Shown here: positions 1 through 9,231 of the stretch, one piece after another | Position numbering within the stretch: position 1 is the first letter of the stretch | How the letters are laid out: the number at the start of each line of letters is the position of its first letter | Origin: Verrucomicrobiota bacterium | GTDB taxonomy: Bacteria; Verrucomicrobiota; Lentisphaeria; Lentisphaerales; Lentisphaeraceae | Length of the DNA: 64,000 bases | Direction: 5' to 3' | Assembly (NCBI GenBank): GCA_039798785.1 | Contig: JBDKFG010000022.1 | Span: forward strand, 1 to 64,000 | Notes under the pieces: model-generated | Database searches by the model: none | What the model saw: only the letters and a program-made list of their open reading frames with translations | Told to the model about the DNA's origin: nothing | Program-made: the position numbers and the translations under genes

Positions 1-95
1 AAATCTTTGATTTTGTTCGCGTTCTGTTGAATCTTGAATTTTGAATCTTGAATCGGATTCCCGAGCTGAGCCCAAGCTCAGCTTCGGAATCCAGG
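1..95. repeat. Dispersed repeat: TTGAATY heptamers plus hairpin GGATTCCCGAGCTGAGCCCAAGCTCAGCTTCGGAATCC; inverted copy at 44358-44452
   Basis: The reverse complement of 1-95 matches 44358-44452 at 93/95 nt. Confidence 0.95.
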
Positions 96-274
96 TTCAT
101 TACTTGTTATTCTTGTTCTGTTGTTTGCGTTTCAACCTTTCAAGCCGGTTCCGCAGCTCTACTGAAGTTTTTGAGCTGAATCGAGAGCCGCAGCGGAAAA
201 GGACGAGAGAGGGGCCTAAAGCGAAAATACGTGGATGGATGCGGAATGCGGCTATCTCAACCTTAAAAAGGGGC

Positions 275-1120
275 TTAAAAGGGAATTGAGGCGAGGCAGG
301 CCGACCAGGCTGAATCAAATTGCCCCGAGGCCCAGAGTGTGCGCAAAGTAGTAGCCCCATCACGTTTGGCCAAGCGGCGACCATCCTGATCGGTAATAAG
401 AGGGCAGTGATAGAAGCTAGGGGGGGTATAGGCAAGCGCTTCATAGAGTAGCAACTGACGCGCTGTAGAAAGTAAAAGATCTTGCCCTCGAACTACTTCA
501 GTAATCCCCATGGCTGCATCATCAGCGACGACAGCAAGTTCATAAGAAGGATAGCCGTCTTTACGCCAGATCAGAAAATCTCCAAAATCTTGACCGGCGA
601 CAAAGACTTGAGGACCACAACGAAGATCGTCAAAAAAAACACGTCTGCCATCGGGAACGCGAAAACGCCAATTGACTGCACCTGGAGAAGAAGCTTGACG
701 GCCAGCAGCGAGAATGGGGCGCAGGGAGGTAGGAAAAATCGCTTCCCCGTCATTACCATGAGGAGCGTGGAGAGCCTCGGCGACATCTTTGCGGGAAGCC
801 GTGCATGGATAGATGAATGATCCAGAATGAAGCCGATTCCAGGCATCAAGAAAAATGCTCATTCTTTCACTTTGACGATAAGGCGCCTCTGGACCCGCGA
901 TATCTGGTCCGGCGTCCCAATACAGTCCGAGGCGGCGGAGATCATGCATGGCAGCATCAGCGAATTCACGTTTGCAACGAAGCGGGTCGAGATCTTCATC
1001 ACGAAAAATGAGGTAACCGTTAGCTTCACGAGCCCGTGAGAATGCCATCCAAAAGGTGGCTGCATGGCCAAGATGAAGGAAGCCAGTGGGAGTAGGGGCT
1101 ATGCGACCTCGATATCCCAT
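275..1120 (-). CDS. gluQ: Glutamyl-Q tRNA(Asp) synthetase
   Basis: GRIAPTPTGFLHLGH (HIGH motif), VVADDAAMGITEVVRGQDLL, RLAKRDG; 281 aa with no anticodon-binding domain. Confidence 0.9.
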   Translation of the reverse strand: MGYRGRIAPTPTGFLHLGHAATFWMAFSRAREANGYLIFRDEDLDPLRCKREFADAAMHDLRRLGLYWDAGPDIAGPEAPYRQSERMSIFLDAWNRLHSGSFIYPCTASRKDVAEALHAPHGNDGEAIFPTSLRPILAAGRQASSPGAVNWRFRVPDGRRVFFDDLRCGPQVFVAGQDFGDFLIWRKDGYPSYELAVVADDAAMGITEVVRGQDLLLSTARQLLLYEALAYTPPSFYHCPLITDQDGRRLAKRDGATTLRTLWASGQFDSAWSACLASIPF

Positions 1121-1412
1121 GATCTAAAAACCAGACTTAAAGGGTTGAAAAATTGACAGGTGGAAAAAAGGGACAGTCAAAAGTACAAAAGAAACAAGGG
1201 GCAAAAAAATTCGAAGAGTAAAACACCCTTTCACCCTGTCAAAAGGAATGATGGCAAAATCAAGAGGCATACCAATGATGATCATCTGTAGAGACCTAAA
1301 AAAGTTTAGAGCTGGCGCAACTGCATGGATGCGGAAACCAAGAGGAGGCAAGCTGGATGAGTCGGATGGGCGTAAGAATACACGTGAGTGAAGCGGATCC
1401 AAGGCAGAAAAC

Positions 1413-3490
1413 TTAAACACGACCATGAATCCAGTGTGCAAGACGGCGTAAAAGCAAGTCGGAACGCAAGGGTTTGGTGAGATAATCATCGAAGCCGGAA
1501 GCCAAGGCCTTGCCGCGATCTTCTTCAAAAGCACCGGCGCTGAGACCGATGATTGGCCCCATCCAACCCTGACGACGTAGATCGGCAGTAGCAGCAAATC
1601 CATCCATTACAGGCATCTGGATATCCATTAACACGACATCCGGAAGCCATTCAAGACAACTGGAAACACCTGCACGACCGTCATCAGCAACACGACAAAC
1701 TAAGCCAGCCTTATCAAGAAGACGTAGGACGAGTCGCTGATTGACGGGGTTGTCTTCAACCAGAAGAACTTTATGGCCGGCAAGACTAGGTAAAAGCTCC
1801 AAGGGCGATTCATGGATGATTTGTTGCGTGATGGGAGCGAAAATATGAAAACGAAAAACGCTACCAGCCCCAGGGGAAGAGACGACAGTAACGTCACCGC
1901 CCATAAGTTGAAGAAGGCGACGGCAGATCGATAATCCAAGTCCAGTACCGCCGTATCGGCGAGTAGTTTCAGCACTGGCTTGAGTGAAAGGAGTGAAGAG
2001 TCGACTCAAATCATCAGCCGAAATGCCAATACCTGTGTCAGTAACAGAGGCATGAAAATATTCGCCATCGTGAGAACAAGTAAGAGTCACAGAACCATGT
2101 TCAGTAAATTTAAGAGCATTGTTGAGAAGATTGACAAGAACCTGGCGGAGACGTAATCCATCAACGAGGACCCAACGAGCAAGACCTCCTGAATCAACGA
2201 GTTTAAGATCGAGATTTTTCTGAGTGGCGAAAGAAGCAACTGTTGATATCGCCAAACTAATGAGTTGATCTAGGAGGACAGGAACAGGAGAAAGTTCTAG
2301 ACGATCAGCTTCAATCTTGGAAAGATCAAGAATATCATTGACGATCTCAAGCAGAGTTTGACCAGCTTGCTGAATATAACCGAGCTCTTCATTTTGACGG
2401 GGAGTGAGCTCAGACTCTTGACGAATGAGATTAGAATAGCCGATGACAGCATTGAGAGGAGTACGAAGCTCATGCGACATAGTAGCAATAAAAGCTGATT
2501 TTGCAGCGGATGCCTGTTCAGCGCGCTGCTTGGCAATCCGCAATTCTTCTTCAGATTGGCGACGTGTAGTGATATCATTTTCAATGGCCATGAAATGAGT
2601 AATCTTTCCTGAATCATCGAAAATCGGTTGCGCTTCGATTTCGAGCCAATAACTGCTGCCATCCTTGCCGTAATTAAGTATCTCTTCACGAAATCCACGA
2701 CCAGAATCTAGAGCCGTGCGGATACGTCGGCGAGTCTCAGCATCGGTGTCGGGACCTTGAAGAAAGACCGGAGTCCGTCCGTAAGCTTCTTCGGCAGTGT
2801 AGCCAGCGGCAAGGAGATGAAGTGTCGGAGCGGGGGATGACCGGCAGGAGGCCCACCACAGGAATCCGGGTGATTGGCAGGATCATTGGAAATCAGAAGC
2901 TGACCGGTAACAAGCGGAACACCAAAAAGAGATTTAAGATTGTAGAACTCCAAGCCGGCAGGAGCATGCTTTTCGTAGAACTCGCGAGTTTGCTGACTCC
3001 AGGAAATGTCGGTGATCGCCCAGGTTTTCAGGAAGGGCTTTCCTTCAGAATTAATAAGACGTTGGCCGATGTAGCCGTAGTGGCTGCCGGAAACTGCTAG
3101 AAAGGCATTCAAGATATCGGAGAAAACCTCCGCTTCACCGCCTCCAATCAACAACCCTTGAGCTCTAAGAATAGCCTCGTGCTGACGGCTCAATTCCCAT
3201 TCCAAGGTAGCATCGCGAACCAATCCTTGACTGGCAGAGCCGAGAAGTTCAAGTGAACGTGGGCCTCGAGGACCAATGAAGTGAAACTGCAACTTGGGTG
3301 CTGGCAAAGCCGCAATCGCGGCCGCCAGTTCAGGACGTTCGCGGGCAAGCTGTACAAAATCCAAGCCGTCAGGAAGATCCAGAAGCTCGGCGGCAGCAGG
3401 TGACAGAACGAGCTTATCCTCGACGATGCGCCAAAGCGCTAAAGAACTGTCGTCATTGAACATCGAAGTCTCCTTCACGTCAATTGCCAT
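1413..3490 (-). pseudogene. GAF-PAS-HisKA-HATPase-REC hybrid sensor kinase, frameshifted by an apparent internal deletion at ~2802-2806
   Basis: ORF 2708-3490 encodes a GAF domain that ends abruptly at HFISLPL. Another frame starts mid-PAS (GYTAEEAYGRTPVFLQGPDTD...YWLEIEAQPIFDDSGKITHFMAIENDIT) and runs into ORF 1413-2591 (MSHELRTPLN, NALKFT, GGTGLGL, LMDIQMP). Confidence 0.8.
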
Positions 3491-3559
3491 GCGTCAAAGG
3501 ATACACCCGTTTCAATCGCCGGTGCAAGAGGCTCTCGAACAGATGGAAGGAAAAACGGC

Positions 3560-3602
3560 TGTGGATAAGATGTGGAACACACGCCGCTCGTCCTGTGAAC
3601 AA
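3560..3602 (-). promoter_or_regulatory. DnaA-box cluster (one perfect, two degenerate)
   Basis: TGTGGATAA at 3560-3568 (reverse complement of TTATCCACA), TGTGGAACA at 3571-3579, TGTGAACAA at 3594-3602. Confidence 0.4.
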
Positions 3603-3820
3603 ACTGATGGGCTTTTTGTCAGGTCCTCCCCTCCCCCCGGATTTCCTTGGAGATGCTCCTACACGATACCAACTCTTGTCACCAGAATAAACCTCTTCTA
3701 AACAGCTAAAAATAAACGATTTGCAAAATTGCCAACAGAGCTGACACCCCCTAATACTTCTGCTGTTTAAAAATCTGTTTCTTAAACACTCAACAGCAGC
3801 TCTTCAAGAATTCTTGTGCA

Positions 3821-4888
3821 TCACTTCGATTCCGCCAGTTTGATCCAGGTGACTTCATGCTTGTTGGCGTGCAGGTGAATCAAGCGCGATCCAGGGATCG
3901 CCCGGAACTTTTCCAGAACGGCAGCCGCTTCGGGGCCTTGAAGTTTGACGGTACAGATCCAATTGCGTACTTGCCCCAGTTCCATCCAGCGCTCAACCAT
4001 TTCGAGAAGTTTTTCAGGATAGCAGATGATATCAGCAAAGAACCAATCGATGGGACCGATCTTGTCCGGACGCAAGCCAAAAGCGCTTTCGTTCATCTCA
4101 ACCACGCCAGGCAAAGCTGCGACTTTCGGGTCAAGTGGCGCTTTGTCGACAGCAATCACTTTGCAACCCAGCTTGGCCAGGACCCAGGTCCAGCCTCCAG
4201 GGCAGGAACCGATGTCGATGGTCTGTTCACCTGCCTGGGGGCGGAAGCCGCAAACCGTGAAAACCTCCCAGAGCTTCAAATAAGCTCGTGAGGGAGGCTC
4301 ATTCTTATCTTCTTCGAATTCACAACAACCGTTGGGGACGGGATGGCTTGTCTTGGGCGATAGCAGCATGGTGTTGGCATCCAGCAAGGTCCAGGCACCG
4401 GAACGCTTGTAAGGCAGGTCTTCGCCCCATTTCAGACGTTTCCAGGGACGGATCCCTTCGGCGATAAGCGCGGCGCGCCGGTAGGCGGCGAGCGGAATGT
4501 AACCCCAGTCGCGACCGAGGGCTTTGAGCAAACGATTGCCTTCGCCGATGGAATGGATCGGGCAGATCTGCGGATCCAGCCAGGTGGTGCTGGCCCAGAG
4601 CAGAGGCTGACTGCTCTTGCGATGCAAGACCAGGCGGTGATGTTTCCAGGCAATATCCAATCCTTGTTCTTTGATCTCTTTGATCAGTTCGTCACTGAGA
4701 TTGACGAAACTGAGAGAGATCTGCCAGGTGCCGGTTTCTTCCAGAAGTTCTTGCGGGAAAGGAGGGAATTTCTCTTCCACCTCGGGCGACACCAGAGCTT
4801 TCTTCACCATTTTGGCGGCTTTGTCGGGCGCTTCTCCTCCGTTCGGCTTTTTTCCATGCTGGCGTTGTGAATGTTTCTGGCGGTTCAT
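3821..4888 (-). CDS. FtsJ/RlmM-like SAM-dependent rRNA methyltransferase
   Basis: PPSRAYLKLWE, IDIGSCPGGWTW, AVDKAPL, FADIICYP, HNKHE-like C-terminal motif. Confidence 0.8.
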   Translation of the reverse strand: MNRQKHSQRQHGKKPNGGEAPDKAAKMVKKALVSPEVEEKFPPFPQELLEETGTWQISLSFVNLSDELIKEIKEQGLDIAWKHHRLVLHRKSSQPLLWASTTWLDPQICPIHSIGEGNRLLKALGRDWGYIPLAAYRRAALIAEGIRPWKRLKWGEDLPYKRSGAWTLLDANTMLLSPKTSHPVPNGCCEFEEDKNEPPSRAYLKLWEVFTVCGFRPQAGEQTIDIGSCPGGWTWVLAKLGCKVIAVDKAPLDPKVAALPGVVEMNESAFGLRPDKIGPIDWFFADIICYPEKLLEMVERWMELGQVRNWICTVKLQGPEAAAVLEKFRAIPGSRLIHLHANKHEVTWIKLAESK

Positions 4889-5022
4889 TGCTGGTTATCC
4901 TTCATCTGGCTTGTTGACTGCGGCGAATATATCCTTCAGGCCATCTTTCCTTGCCGGCTTGACGGAGCTTCTTGCATTGATCGCGTATATTCGAGGTGAA
5001 ATATCCCTCAAGCAGCAGGTCC

Positions 5023-5400
5023 ATGATGCGTCCTTACCACATTGTTCTGATCTTTCTTTTCATTGCCCTTGGCATGATCACCGGCTTTCGCCTTGGCGAA
5101 AGCACTAGTGGTGGTTGGCAGAAAGTCGCTTCCGACTACCTTCGCGGCGATGACTTGAAGAATCTCCAGGTTTCTGATTACGAATGGGCGAATGGACTTC
5201 TTGCCAGCCATTGCAGGAGCGCAGGCTTGCAAATCGGCGAAGATTCGACTTTGCAGGTTTACCTCCTTCCCGGCAGTTCTGGTCCCCGTCTCGAATTCTG
5301 GTGCCGGCGCGACGGTGTCGAAATCAAAGATGCTCAGCTCGACCAGATCAACCAAATTGCTCTTAAACTTTTGCGTGAAGCGCAAGCCAAGAGGAAATGA
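5023..5400 (+). CDS. Hypothetical protein with N-terminal membrane anchor
   Basis: ORF with a hydrophobic N-terminus (HIVLIFLFIALGMITGF); start codon uncertain. Confidence 0.6.
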   Translation: MMRPYHIVLIFLFIALGMITGFRLGESTSGGWQKVASDYLRGDDLKNLQVSDYEWANGLLASHCRSAGLQIGEDSTLQVYLLPGSSGPRLEFWCRRDGVEIKDAQLDQINQIALKLLREAQAKRK

Positions 5401-5442
5401 AAACCCGGGATCCATCAGATCAAAGGGCGAGGTTGATCTCAG

Positions 5443-5916
5443 ATGCCAAGATTTGAATCTCGATTTCATCTCGATGTTCCGGTGGATGTGGTCAGCGCCT
5501 TCCATTTTAGTCCCGGAGCCTTGTCGCGACTGACACCTCCCGGCATGATCCTTGCCTTGCATCGAAACGAGCCAGTTGCGGAAGGCTCGATCACCGAATT
5601 CACCCTTTGGTGCGGACCCCTGCCTATGTCCTGGAAAGCCAGGCATAGTGAAGTCAGTGGCGCCGGATTCACCGATGAACAAATTGCCGGACCCCTATGT
5701 CATTGGCGACATCGCCATGATTTCCTGTCTTCTCCCGGTGGCGGCAGTGAAGTCCGCGACAGCATCGATTACCAACATCCCTGCGGAGCTATGGGAGCTT
5801 TCAGCCGCCTGCGCTTCAATGCTCTTAGCCTGCGCCTTCTTTTTCTCTTTCGTGCTCGGGCAACGCGACACACCTGTCAAATTCTCCTTGGTCAATCAAG
5901 CTCTAAAAATGGATGA
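5443..5916 (+). CDS. SRPBCC-family ligand-binding protein
   Basis: LSRLTPP, WKARH, FTDEQIAGP, WRHRHDF, VRDSIDY pattern. Confidence 0.8.
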   Translation: MPRFESRFHLDVPVDVVSAFHFSPGALSRLTPPGMILALHRNEPVAEGSITEFTLWCGPLPMSWKARHSEVSGAGFTDEQIAGPLCHWRHRHDFLSSPGGGSEVRDSIDYQHPCGAMGAFSRLRFNALSLRLLFLFRARATRHTCQILLGQSSSKNG

Positions 5917-5967
5917 AGCGCTAATCTTATGACATCTTTGAACCCAAGCCACACCTAAGGAGTCCTG

Positions 5968-8013
5968 ATGTCTGAAGTCAATCCCCTGCTGCGCCCTGGT
6001 GAAATCGTCGTCGATTACGCCGAGGTGAAACCCGAGCACATCGTTCCTGCTATCGACCAGCTTCTCGGCGAAGGCCGGGCGCTGAAAAAGCAGATCCTCG
6101 ACAGCGGCAGCTTCACCTACGACGGACTGGTCCTTCCTTTCGATGAATTTGGTGACCGCCTCTGGCGAGCCTGGGGAGCGGTGTCGCACCTGCTTGCAGT
6201 CTGCAACACCGAGGAATTGCGCAAGGCGCACAAGGAAGCCCAGCCCAAGATCACCGAATACTACAGCGAACAAGGTCAGGACTTGCGTCTGCACGAAGCA
6301 GTAAAAGCGGTCGCCGGCGCCCCCTCCACCGTCCGTCTCAGCCAGGACCGCCGCAAGGTGCTCGACAACTGGCTGCGCGACTTCCGCCTCAGCGGCATCG
6401 ACTTGCCCGAGGCTCAGAAGACCCGTCTGCGTGAGATCAACGCCCGCCTCGCCCAGCTCAGCACCCGCTTCTCCGACAACGTCCTCGACGCCACTCACTC
6501 CTTCAAAATCCCGGTCAGCGACGCCGCCCGTCTCAAGGGCATTCCCGAAGGCGCCCTCGCCGGCTTCGCCAATGCCGCCAAGGCCAAGGGCCTGGACGGC
6601 TGGCTCATCGGCCTCGATATCCCCTCTTACATGGCGGTGATGAACAATTGCGAAGACCGCGAACTCCGCGCCGAGATGTATCGCGCCTACACCACCCGCG
6701 CCTCCGACCAGGGCCCCGAAGCCGGCAAGTTCGACAACTCGCCGCTGATGGACGAGATCCTCGCCCTCCGCACCGAAAAGGCCAAGCTCCTCGGCTTCTC
6801 CGACTACACCCAGCTCTCCCTCGCCACCAAGATGGCGCCCTCCCCCGACAAGGTGCTGGAATTCCTCGGCGACCTCGCCGTCCGCAGCCGCACCCAGGGC
6901 CAACGCGACGTCGAAGAGGCCAAGGCTTTCGCCGCCAAGGAGCTCGGCATCGCCGACTTCCAGCCCTCCGACGCCGGCTTCGTCGCCGAGAAGATGCGCC
7001 AGAAGCTCTACTCCCTGTCGCAGGAGGAACTCCGCCCCTGGTTCCCCGAGCCCAAGGTGATGGCCGGCCTCTTCCGGATCATCGACACCCTTTTTGGCGT
7101 CCAATGCGTCGAAACCAAGCTCGACAGCCCCTGGCACCCCTCGGCCCAGCTCTTCCGCGTCGAACGCCAGGGCCAGCTCCTCGGCTTCTTCACCGTCGAC
7201 CTCTATGCCCGCGAAGGCAAACAAGGCGGCGCCTGGGTCTCTGGCTGCCGCAGCCGCCGCCGCCGCGCCGACGGCTCGCTCCAGCTCCCGGTCGCCAACG
7301 TCGTCTGCAATTTCCAGGCTCCCCATTCCGGCCAGCCCGGCCTCCTCACCCATAGCGACGTCGTCACCCTCTTCCACGAGTTCGGCCACTGCCTGCACAA
7401 CGTCCTCACCCAATGCGAAGCTCCTGGCGTCGCCGGGGTCAACGGCGTCGAGTGGGACGCGGTCGAGCTGCCCAGCCAGCTGATGGAGAACTGGTGCTGG
7501 CGTTCGGAAGGTCTGAGCCTGATTTCGGGCCACTGGGAAAACGGCAGTGCCTTGCCGCAGGAGAAGCTCGAGCGCCTGCTTGCCGCCCGCAACTTCCAAT
7601 CCGGCCTGGCGATGCTGCGCCAGCTCGAATTCGCCTTCGGCGACTTCCGCATGCACCGCGAAGTCGCGACCCAGGAATGGCGCGGCGTCATCGCCACCAT
7701 CGCCGACGTCCGTTCCAAGGTCGCGGTGCTCCAGCCGCCCGAGTGGAACCGCTTCTTCCACGCCTTCACCCACCTCTTCTCCGGCGGTTACGCCGCCGGC
7801 TACTACAGCTACAAGTGGGCGGAAGTGCTGTCGGCCGACGCCTTCTCGCGCTTCGAGGAAGAGGGCGTCTTGAACCCGAAGGTCGGCGCCGACTTCGCCC
7901 GCGAAGTTCTCGAGATCGGCGGCTCGCGTCCCGCCGGCGACAACTTCCGTGCCTTCCGCGGCCGCGACCCCTCCACCGCCGCTCTGCTGCGCCACAGCGG
8001 CATTACTGGGTGA
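5968..8013 (+). CDS. prlC: Oligopeptidase A (peptidase M3)
   Basis: TLFHEFGHCLH, WDAVELPSQLMEN, GYAAGYYSYKWAEVLSAD; RBS AAGGAG. Confidence 0.95.
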   Translation: MSEVNPLLRPGEIVVDYAEVKPEHIVPAIDQLLGEGRALKKQILDSGSFTYDGLVLPFDEFGDRLWRAWGAVSHLLAVCNTEELRKAHKEAQPKITEYYSEQGQDLRLHEAVKAVAGAPSTVRLSQDRRKVLDNWLRDFRLSGIDLPEAQKTRLREINARLAQLSTRFSDNVLDATHSFKIPVSDAARLKGIPEGALAGFANAAKAKGLDGWLIGLDIPSYMAVMNNCEDRELRAEMYRAYTTRASDQGPEAGKFDNSPLMDEILALRTEKAKLLGFSDYTQLSLATKMAPSPDKVLEFLGDLAVRSRTQGQRDVEEAKAFAAKELGIADFQPSDAGFVAEKMRQKLYSLSQEELRPWFPEPKVMAGLFRIIDTLFGVQCVETKLDSPWHPSAQLFRVERQGQLLGFFTVDLYAREGKQGGAWVSGCRSRRRRADGSLQLPVANVVCNFQAPHSGQPGLLTHSDVVTLFHEFGHCLHNVLTQCEAPGVAGVNGVEWDAVELPSQLMENWCWRSEGLSLISGHWENGSALPQEKLERLLAARNFQSGLAMLRQLEFAFGDFRMHREVATQEWRGVIATIADVRSKVAVLQPPEWNRFFHAFTHLFSGGYAAGYYSYKWAEVLSADAFSRFEEEGVLNPKVGADFAREVLEIGGSRPAGDNFRAFRGRDPSTAALLRHSGITG

Positions 8014-8047
8014 GAACGTGGCTTGACCATCCCTGGTCGAGTTGCTT

Positions 8048-8075
8048 CCCTGGGAGCCCCGGCCTCCGTGCCGGG
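8048..8075 (+). repeat. GGAG-type REP-like palindrome (identical copy at 14409-14436)
   Basis: CCCTGGGAGCCCCGGCCTCCGTGCCGGG, 28/28 identical to 14409-14436. Confidence 0.85.
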
Positions 8076-8118
8076 CTTTCTTGTTCTTATCCAAGCCTTC
8101 AAACTTAGAGGAGTTACC

Positions 8119-8502
8119 ATGAAAACCTGGATTCTCGCCACCCTCAGCGCCATTGCCCTCTCTGCCAACGCTCTTGAAATCGCTCCTGAGGCGAAGCCGA
8201 TCGATCAGGCAGCTCCGATGATTCAGTTGCTCAAGGTCTTGAAGGATCCCAAGGCCACCAAGGAGCAGGTTTTGGCGTGTTTTTCCAAGCGCATTCAAGA
8301 GAAGATCAGCAAACATCCCGACTTGATCGGCATTTACAGAAAGGCAATTGGCGGCGCTCCGGGAGTGATTGAATCTTTTTCATTTGAAGCGAAAAAAGAC
8401 AAGGCCGATGCCGGTGTTGTGAAGTGGAAGCTGACGAACGGCAGTTCGTCCGGCATGAGCGTGATCAAAGAAGACGGACATTGGGTTTTGGACGAACGAT
8501 GA
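8119..8502 (+). CDS. Small secreted hypothetical protein
   Basis: RBS GAGGAG; signal peptide MKTWILATLSAIALSANA; AT-richer codons than its neighbours. Confidence 0.75.
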   Translation: MKTWILATLSAIALSANALEIAPEAKPIDQAAPMIQLLKVLKDPKATKEQVLACFSKRIQEKISKHPDLIGIYRKAIGGAPGVIESFSFEAKKDKADAGVVKWKLTNGSSSGMSVIKEDGHWVLDER

Positions 8503-8632
8503 CCTCCTCCTCCTCCATCGCCAATGCCAGTGCGCGCCGTTAGCTTCGCCAGCCCTAAGTTTCGCCGGACTGCCTCTGCGACACGAGCGGGATCACCGGG
8601 TGAGAAAACCTGAAAGCCCCGGCCTTATTGTT

Positions 8633-8852
8633 TAACCCCAAGGGGCTTACGTCCTCCAGCCCAGGGTTGGCGCATCGCCTACCCTGGGGAGGAGACAATT
8701 TTGAATCCAAACCCCAAGGGGGTTTCGGCGCGTTCCTTACGGCCTGGGAGCGCCAAGGGGACGAAACCCCGGTGGGGTATGAGGACATTGGAAGGCTAGC
8801 CTGGGTAGCTTCGTTCCTTGGAGCAAGCTTGGGCAGGAGGACGCAAGCCGTC
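8633..8852. repeat. Composite REPIN-like palindromic element (CCCAGGG/CCCTGGG hairpin family)
   Basis: Hairpins AACCCCAAGGGG and CCCAGGGTTGGCGCATCGCCTACCCTGGG. The left arm CGTCCTCCAGCCCAGG is imperfectly inverted against the right arm TTGGGCAGGAGGACG. A related element lies at 62146-62243. Confidence 0.7.
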
Positions 8853-8930
8853 TAAAAAAGACTGCCTCCGCGAGCCGGGCACGATCTTCCGGTGCCTTGG
8901 CCTGAGCAAACTGGAGCTTATCGAATCAGT

Positions 8931-8969
8931 AAAAAAAATCGGGGCGCCTGCTGACTCGGTGGCGCCCCG
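8931..8969 (-). terminator. Intrinsic terminator of the minus-strand RNA
   Basis: CGGGGCGCC-loop-GGCGCCCCG followed by ATTTTTTTT on the minus strand. Confidence 0.85.
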
Positions 8970-9133
8970 CGATCTTGGCCCTCCATGCCCGCCGGCCGGA
9001 GCCGACAGAACACAGGAGCCTTCATCTTGCCCTTGCCGGCTTGGCGGGATCACCCGCGCCCCGGCAGGGCTTCATCTTGCGTCATCTCAGCTTTCGTGCC
9101 AAGTCGGCGGGAAAACTGAGATTCGGCCTTCAC
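8931..9133 (-). ncRNA. Unannotated structured small RNA: three hairpins with AAGAUGAA linkers plus an intrinsic terminator
   Basis: Has its own sigma70 promoter. Stems contain G-U pairs valid only on the minus strand and a C(UCCG)G tetraloop. Ends in a GC hairpin plus U8. Confidence 0.75.
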
Positions 9134-9139
9134 GATTTC

Positions 9140-9168
9140 ATTGTGCCGAATTTCTCCCGGCTTGTCAA
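9140..9168 (-). promoter_or_regulatory. Sigma70 promoter
   Basis: Minus strand: TTGACA (9168-9163), 17-nt spacer, CACAAT (9145-9140). Confidence 0.8.
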
Positions 9169-9231
9169 GAGGAATTCAGCCGCGCGGCGATACTTTGCCG
9201 CCTGAAAATCGCAAACCAACAGGAATCCTAC

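Noticed and set aside
1124..1603. 159-aa minus-strand ORF upstream of gluQ
   Set aside because: It overlaps the kinase REC domain out of frame, and the remainder is low-complexity T-rich sequence.
2592..2800. Blue-light LOV photoreceptor
   Set aside because: The GRNCRFLQ cysteine is absent (GRTPVFLQ) and the domain is N-terminally truncated.
5896..8316. Long antisense ORFs (this 806-aa one, also 22994-24793, 29180-30643, 49586-52123, 52937-54670, 55482-57509)
   Set aside because: These are shadows of high-GC genes on the opposite strand and carry no family motifs.
8931..9133. 6S RNA, SRP RNA, riboswitch or type III antitoxin identity for the structured RNA
   Set aside because: There is no single long rod with a central bubble and no SRP helix-8 motif. 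No same-strand gene lies downstream to regulate or neutralise, and the units share only the linker.
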